A DNA stretch of 63,470 nt, counting the filler. It is 7 parts of 7 records of this genome, joined end to end, with 100 filler letters (N's around TTAATTAATTAA, not from the genome) between each part and the next. Parts side by side here need not be neighbours in the genome. Positions count along the whole stretch, not along the records: positions 49,308 to 59,509 come from SRR20825010_2586; positions 59,610 to 63,470 come from SRR20825010_2665; 5 more parts are not named here. One strand, 5' to 3'. The notes beneath the pieces are model-generated. The model did not search any database. It saw only the letters and a program-made list of their open reading frames with translations, and was not told where the DNA came from. Positions 59,445 through 63,470 of the stretch are shown piece by piece (the stretch's first letter is position 1; the number at the start of each line of letters is the position of its first letter). The position numbers were made by a program, and so were the translations under genes.

Positions 59445-59508
59445 GTACGATGGACTTCCAAGTCCGTCGGTACAAACAGCTTTCGACGGACTTGGAAGTC
59501 CGTCGTAC
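59445..59508. repeat. REP-like inverted doublet (GTAC-terminated, 25-bp arms)
   Basis: GTACGATGGACTTCCAAGTCCGTCG and inverted CGACGGACTTGGAAGTCCGTCGTAC (1 mismatch); each arm is internally palindromic. Confidence 0.8.
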
Positions 59509-59509
59509 C

Positions 59510-59609
59510 NNNNNNNNNNNNNNNNNNNNNNNNNNNNNNNNNNNNNNNNNNNNTTAATTAATTAANNNNNNNNNNNNNNNNNNNNNNNNNNNNNNNNNNN
59601 NNNNNNNNN
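59510..59609. other. Artificial contig spacer
   Basis: N44-TTAATTAATTAA-N44. Confidence 0.99.
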
Positions 59610-60022
59610 GGCGAATATTGGTCTGCAAACTCGGCAGAGGGCGGGATCGGCTTGATGATGTCGATCAGAACACCATTCGGATCGGCAGTGATGAAGTGAC
59701 GTTGTCCGAACGCTTCGTCACGCAGTTCCAGCAGCACTGGAAGCCCCGCGCCTTTCAGCCTCTCATATTCGGCGTCTACATCTTCAACCTCAAAATTCAG
59801 GATCAGACCTGACACCTTCCCCCTGCCGCTCTCCGGCACGGTCGCGTGGTTTCCGTTCAGTATGGCGAGATTGACGCCTGGGTCGTTGCTTGACTGAAGA
59901 TGGACATACCAGTCCGCCTCAAATGCCGGCTGAAAACCAAAATGAGCGCAGTAAAACCCTGCGGTTTCGGAGACTTTTTCCGTCATGATGACCGGGTAGT
60001 AACTGGTGATTTTCATCGTCAT
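59610..60022 (-). CDS. VOC/glyoxalase family protein, 3' end cut
   Basis: [30 protein letters not shown]. Confidence 0.9.
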
Positions 60023-60106
60023 GGTTCCTGTTGGCGCGTTGGTCGCAACTGCATGCTTTGATCCTCGCGACGCGCTAAACACTTGCAATCAACAATTGTC
60101 GCTATA

Positions 60107-60154
60107 AACATACAGACTGCATGTATTGATAATTAACATACAGGCTGCATGTAT
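60107..60154. promoter_or_regulatory. Two copies of a palindromic TetR operator
   Basis: AACATACAGACTGCATGTAT (60107-60126) and AACATACAGGCTGCATGTAT (60135-60154), each ATACA-N7-TGTAT, between divergent genes. Confidence 0.75.
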
Positions 60155-60749
60155 GCAACAGGAATCAGGTCGGCGTTCCAACCGCGAGCGCAGTGAGGAA
60201 ACCCGCGACAGGCTCATCGAGGCCGCGCGCCGCCTTTTCGTGGAGAAATCCTATGCGGAAACCGGAACGCCGGAGATCGCTCGCGAAGCCGGTGTCACCC
60301 GGGGAGCGCTCTATCATCATTTCGCCGACAAACAGGCTCTGCTTGCCGCCGTGGTCGAACGCGAGGCAAGCACGGTGGCAGATGAGATCGAGCGTCACAC
60401 GGTCGTTTCCTCGTCAGCCACAAGCGCGCTGATCGAGGGTGGACACGCTTATCTCAAAGCGATGACTGCCCCCGGACGCACACGCCTCTTGCTCCTCGAT
60501 GGTCCTGCCGTTCTCGGAAGAAGCGGTATGGACGAGATCGACAGCCGCCACGGCAACAGGACGCTAAGGGAAGGGTTGCAGGCTGCCATTGAAGCCCGAC
60601 AGATCCGCGACCTGCCGCTGGATGCGCTGACCGGCTTGCTTGGCGCGGCATTCGACCGTGCAGCGCTGGCGATTGATGCCGGCGCGGACGCAGAAAGTTA
60701 TCGTCGAGCCCTCGCCGGACTCATAGAGGGGCTATCCCCCGCCCCGTAG
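60153..60749 (+). CDS. TetR-family transcriptional regulator
   Basis: IAREAGVTRGALYHHFADK HTH. Confidence 0.93.
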   Translation: MQQESGRRSNRERSEETRDRLIEAARRLFVEKSYAETGTPEIAREAGVTRGALYHHFADKQALLAAVVEREASTVADEIERHTVVSSSATSALIEGGHAYLKAMTAPGRTRLLLLDGPAVLGRSGMDEIDSRHGNRTLREGLQAAIEARQIRDLPLDALTGLLGAAFDRAALAIDAGADAESYRRALAGLIEGLSPAP

Positions 60750-60756
60750 GCGCGGG

Positions 60757-61467
60757 CTACGGCTTTTCCGGGCTCCTCTTGCCGCCGGCCCTCATGGCAG
60801 GATTGGTGACGTCAACCTTGAGACCGGCAACCAGTTCACGGGCAGCAGAGAAGAACTCTCGGTAAAGTATCGACGCAAACAGCAGCACACTGACACCGAT
60901 GGCTGCCCAGGCGGAGACAAACCAGGCGATCATACCCAATGAAAAATAGTAGGCCCGAATGCCCTGATTGAAATTGCGCGCCGCGATCGTGTTGAGCGCC
61001 GCCATAACGTAGATTTCCTCTGGGTCGCATTCATCCGCCTCGTCCGCTGCCCCGAGCATGATACAGAAATGGTTGAACTGTCGCAGCGACAGCGTGAAGG
61101 ACAAAAACGCCATCACGAACATCACCAAAAACAGCACCAGATGCCGCTCGACGGCCGCTTTCGAAATGTCCAGCGCCGGCTGCATGACCGACACGGCTTC
61201 CACCACCGCGCTGATTTGACCGAACACGGCGATCAACGCCAGTATGATCAGAACCGTGGTTGATGCGAAGAAGGAGACGGCCCCCATCAGATTGCCCGAG
61301 AGGATTGCATCCATCGGCGTCTCACGGCGCACTGCGTTGCGCACCCAGCGGTGGCGCTGCGCACCCATGATAATGGACAACGAAGGCCGTCGCTTTTCCA
61401 GCCAGCTCGCAAAGACGGTGTAGAACCCCCAGCAAAAAATCGGGAAGAGCGAAGCTGCGAGCGTCAA
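60757..61467 (-). CDS. DUF599 membrane protein
   Basis: SFFASTT, FNQGIRAYYF, YREFFS. Confidence 0.85.
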   Translation of the reverse strand: MTLAASLFPIFCWGFYTVFASWLEKRRPSLSIIMGAQRHRWVRNAVRRETPMDAILSGNLMGAVSFFASTTVLIILALIAVFGQISAVVEAVSVMQPALDISKAAVERHLVLFLVMFVMAFLSFTLSLRQFNHFCIMLGAADEADECDPEEIYVMAALNTIAARNFNQGIRAYYFSLGMIAWFVSAWAAIGVSVLLFASILYREFFSAARELVAGLKVDVTNPAMRAGGKRSPEKP

Positions 61468-61581
61468 TGTTAATGCCTTTCAGCCTGTAGACCACAGACT
61501 GCAAGTTTGACCGAAGCCACGCTGTTGGTCCAGTCAGCCATTGCGGTTTGGAAACCCGCAACGGCCAAACCGACGACGCGA

Positions 61582-61875
61582 TCAGCCGAAAATCTGGTCA
61601 CCCTGCTCATCGATTACCTGGCGACCCTTTCGGACCGCCTGCTCTGCAGCGAGATCTGCACTTGGGAAGCGATCGGCGCGCACCAGACGATGCTCCTTGC
61701 GAACCCCATCCACCTCTTTCGAGATCAGCGCGCACGTCTGAAACTGGCCGCCCTCAGAAAACGGAGTGGGCTGGATCATGAAACCTTTGTGCTCGACAGC
61801 AGCCCCTACCGGCTTTCCTTCCCCCGCGGTGGATGTGTCCGCTCCTCCTCCGAACAGGCGCTTCAGGAATGACAT
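61582..61875 (-). CDS. HlyU-family (alphaproteobacterial) small protein
   Basis: MSFLKRLFGG...EGGQFQ...RAD...KGRQVIDEQG. Confidence 0.8.
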   Translation of the reverse strand: MSFLKRLFGGGADTSTAGEGKPVGAAVEHKGFMIQPTPFSEGGQFQTCALISKEVDGVRKEHRLVRADRFPSADLAAEQAVRKGRQVIDEQGDQIFG

Positions 61876-61958
61876 GTGTTTACTCCCCTCATTTCAGCGA
61901 TCTCTTCACGTTTTACCCCTGTGCAGGCCAATGCGGAACACAAAGCGTACCGGGTGCT

Positions 61959-62378
61959 TCACGCAACATGCAACACGACCTCACGCCGATGCGGTCGAAC
62001 CCGGTGTTCGAACAGATAGACGCCCTGCCAGGTGCCTAGAACCAGCCGGCCATTCATCACCGGGATGCCAATGGATGTCTGGGTCAAAGCCGCCTTGATG
62101 TGCGCGGGCATGTCGTCGGGCCCTTCAAGGCGATGGACAATCCAGGCCATGGAGGGATCGTCAGAGAGCGGAACGAGTCGGCTGAAAAAAGTCTCCAGAT
62201 CCCGTTTCACATCCGCATCGGCGTTTTCCTGGATGATCAGAGAGCAGGATGTATGACGCACGAACACCGTGAGGAGCCCGGCCACAAGGCCCGCTTCGTC
62301 AACGAAGCTCTCAACCCGATCGGTAAATTCATACAGTCCGGGCCCGGCAGTGGGGACGGACAGGATCGTCTGTCTCAT
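61959..62378 (-). CDS. yjbQ: YjbQ/UPF0047 family protein
   Basis: HTSCSLIIQEN, EGPDDMPAHIK, LGTWQGVYLFEHR; start ATG 62378. Confidence 0.9.
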   Translation of the reverse strand: MRQTILSVPTAGPGLYEFTDRVESFVDEAGLVAGLLTVFVRHTSCSLIIQENADADVKRDLETFFSRLVPLSDDPSMAWIVHRLEGPDDMPAHIKAALTQTSIGIPVMNGRLVLGTWQGVYLFEHRVRPHRREVVLHVA

Positions 62379-62430
62379 GCTATTGGTGGAGCATCCGAAC
62401 GAATGCGCTGTCAAGCAGGCAAGCCCCGGT

Positions 62431-63182
62431 TCATCCAGGCAAGGTGACCACGATCGGCCCCCGGTCCGTTGCCACGACCGTATGCTCGTATTGCACCACC
62501 GGGGCACAGGGTTCCGCATGCAGGGTCCAGGCATCATCGTCCCCATGCATGGCCCAAAGTCCTCCACAGGACAGAAACGGTTCAACCGTCAGAACCAGCC
62601 CCCTGTTGATCCGGCGCCTGTCATTGCGTGTCGGCCAGGTGGCGATTTCCGCGGGGTATTCATGCAAGGATCGCCCAACCCCATGGCTGGCCAGGTTTCG
62701 GATTAAGGTGTAACCCCGGCGCTCGGCAAAGCGGCCGATCGCTTTTCCGATACCGGCCAGGGGTTTGTTGCTGCGCACCTGCGCGATGCCGATCTCCATG
62801 GCGCGCTTGCCGTCTCGGCACAGACCCTCGAGCCGGGCATCTACCCTCCCCAGCCGAAATGTAGTGCCGGTATCGGCAAAATAGCCATTCTTGGATGCCG
62901 AAACATCGATGTTGACCAGGTCTCCCTCAGCAAGAATCCTGCCGCCCGGAATGCCGTGGGCAATCTCCTCGTTCACGCTGATGCAGGTTGCCCCGGGAAA
63001 GTCATAGGTGTCTGCGGCGCAGAAAGTGCGCCTTCACGCTCCAGCAACGCACCGCCGATCTGATCCAGTTCCCTGGTGGTCATGCCCGGCTCCATGGCTT
63101 TCGCCATGGCATGCATCGTGTTCGCGACAATGCGACCAATTTCTCTCAAGCCGTCAAGTTCATCCTGATGTGTGATCGTCAT
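62431..63182 (-). pseudogene. map: Type I methionine aminopeptidase split by a 1-nt frameshift near 63010
   Basis: The 5' frame ...EGALSAPQ joins the 3' frame TYDFPGATCISVNEEIAHGIP...DVS...DT...HGVG...EP...EHT if one base is restored. Confidence 0.85.
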
Positions 63183-63227
63183 TGCTTTGGCTTGCCCTGC
63201 CGGATGCTGATGAAATTGCCTCCAAAC

Positions 63228-63257
63228 AAAAAAGCCGGGCACTCAGACCCGGCATTC
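63228..63257 (-). terminator. Intrinsic terminator downstream of rpoD
   Basis: Minus strand GCCGGGTCTGAGTGCCCGGC-TTTTTT. Confidence 0.75.
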
Positions 63258-63320
63258 TTGTTCTTGTCGCCGCTCACATGTGTATAAAAAACCATGTGAG
63301 AGCAAGCCACTCAAGCGCGA

Positions 63321-63470
63321 CTAGCTATCGAGGAAGGAACGCAATTTGCGCGAACGGCTCGGATGCTTGAGCTTGCGCAGCGCCTTCGCTTCGATCTGGC
63401 GGATACGCTCACGCGTCACCGAGAACTGCTGACCGACCTCTTCCAGCGTGTGATCGGTGTTCATGCCGAT
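63321..63470 (-). CDS. rpoD: RNA polymerase sigma factor RpoD, region 4 C-terminal fragment
   Basis: Not in the ORF track. [49 protein letters not shown]. Confidence 0.97.
   Translation of the reverse strand: MGMNTDHTLEEVGQQFSVTRERIRQIEAKALRKLKHPSRSRKLRSFLDS

Noticed and set aside
13875-59609. Six identical N-flanked TTAATTAATTAA motifs
   Set aside because: Artificial joining spacers. ORFs containing X and any cross-contig gene neighbourhoods are artefacts.

Overview
This window is not one continuous locus. It is seven unrelated contigs joined by artificial 100-nt spacers (N44-TTAATTAATTAA-N44), so nothing should be inferred across the spacers. Taxonomic labels are inferred from gene content. 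(1) 1-13874: alphaproteobacterial accessory redox/detoxification island with IS6 ends, two non-heme haloperoxidase-like hydrolases, SDRs, LysR, MBL hydrolase, AhpD, NDH-2-like oxidoreductase, a NodVW/FixLJ-like two-component set and an RsrR-like Rrf2. (2) 13975-22815: Bacteroidota contig with a 1783-aa double-lipase + CHAT protease polyprotein, a WbsX/GH99-like protein and a GNAT. (3) 22916-28653: alphaproteobacterial flagellar cluster (fliM', DUF6468, MotE-like, large TPR protein, fliP'). (4) 28754-36895: flavobacterial defence/mobile region. It holds a structured non-coding element, an RloC-like ABC-ATPase/HEPN gene bounded like an integron gene cassette by a 59-bp attC-like site, a second cassette-like gene cut by an integrative element, and a tyrosine integrase with nuclease-like cargo. 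(5) 36996-49207: flavobacterial island end at a tRNA-like att site, then housekeeping genes (clpS, prmA, tpiA, folP, cdaA, truA) interrupted by two four-helix-bundle genes flanked by inverted heptamer repeats. (6) 49308-59509: Rhodopirellula-like planctomycete contig (pilin/PilC/PilB, scpB with an acidic tail, cysteine desulfurase, DnaA-like protein, REP doublet). (7) 59610-63470: alphaproteobacterial contig (VOC/TetR, DUF599, HlyU-like, yjbQ, frameshifted map, rpoD'). The best candidates for novel biology are the Bacteroidota integron-like defence cassette, the lipase-lipase-CHAT polyprotein with Arg-Gly linkers, and the IVS-like four-helix-bundle inserts.
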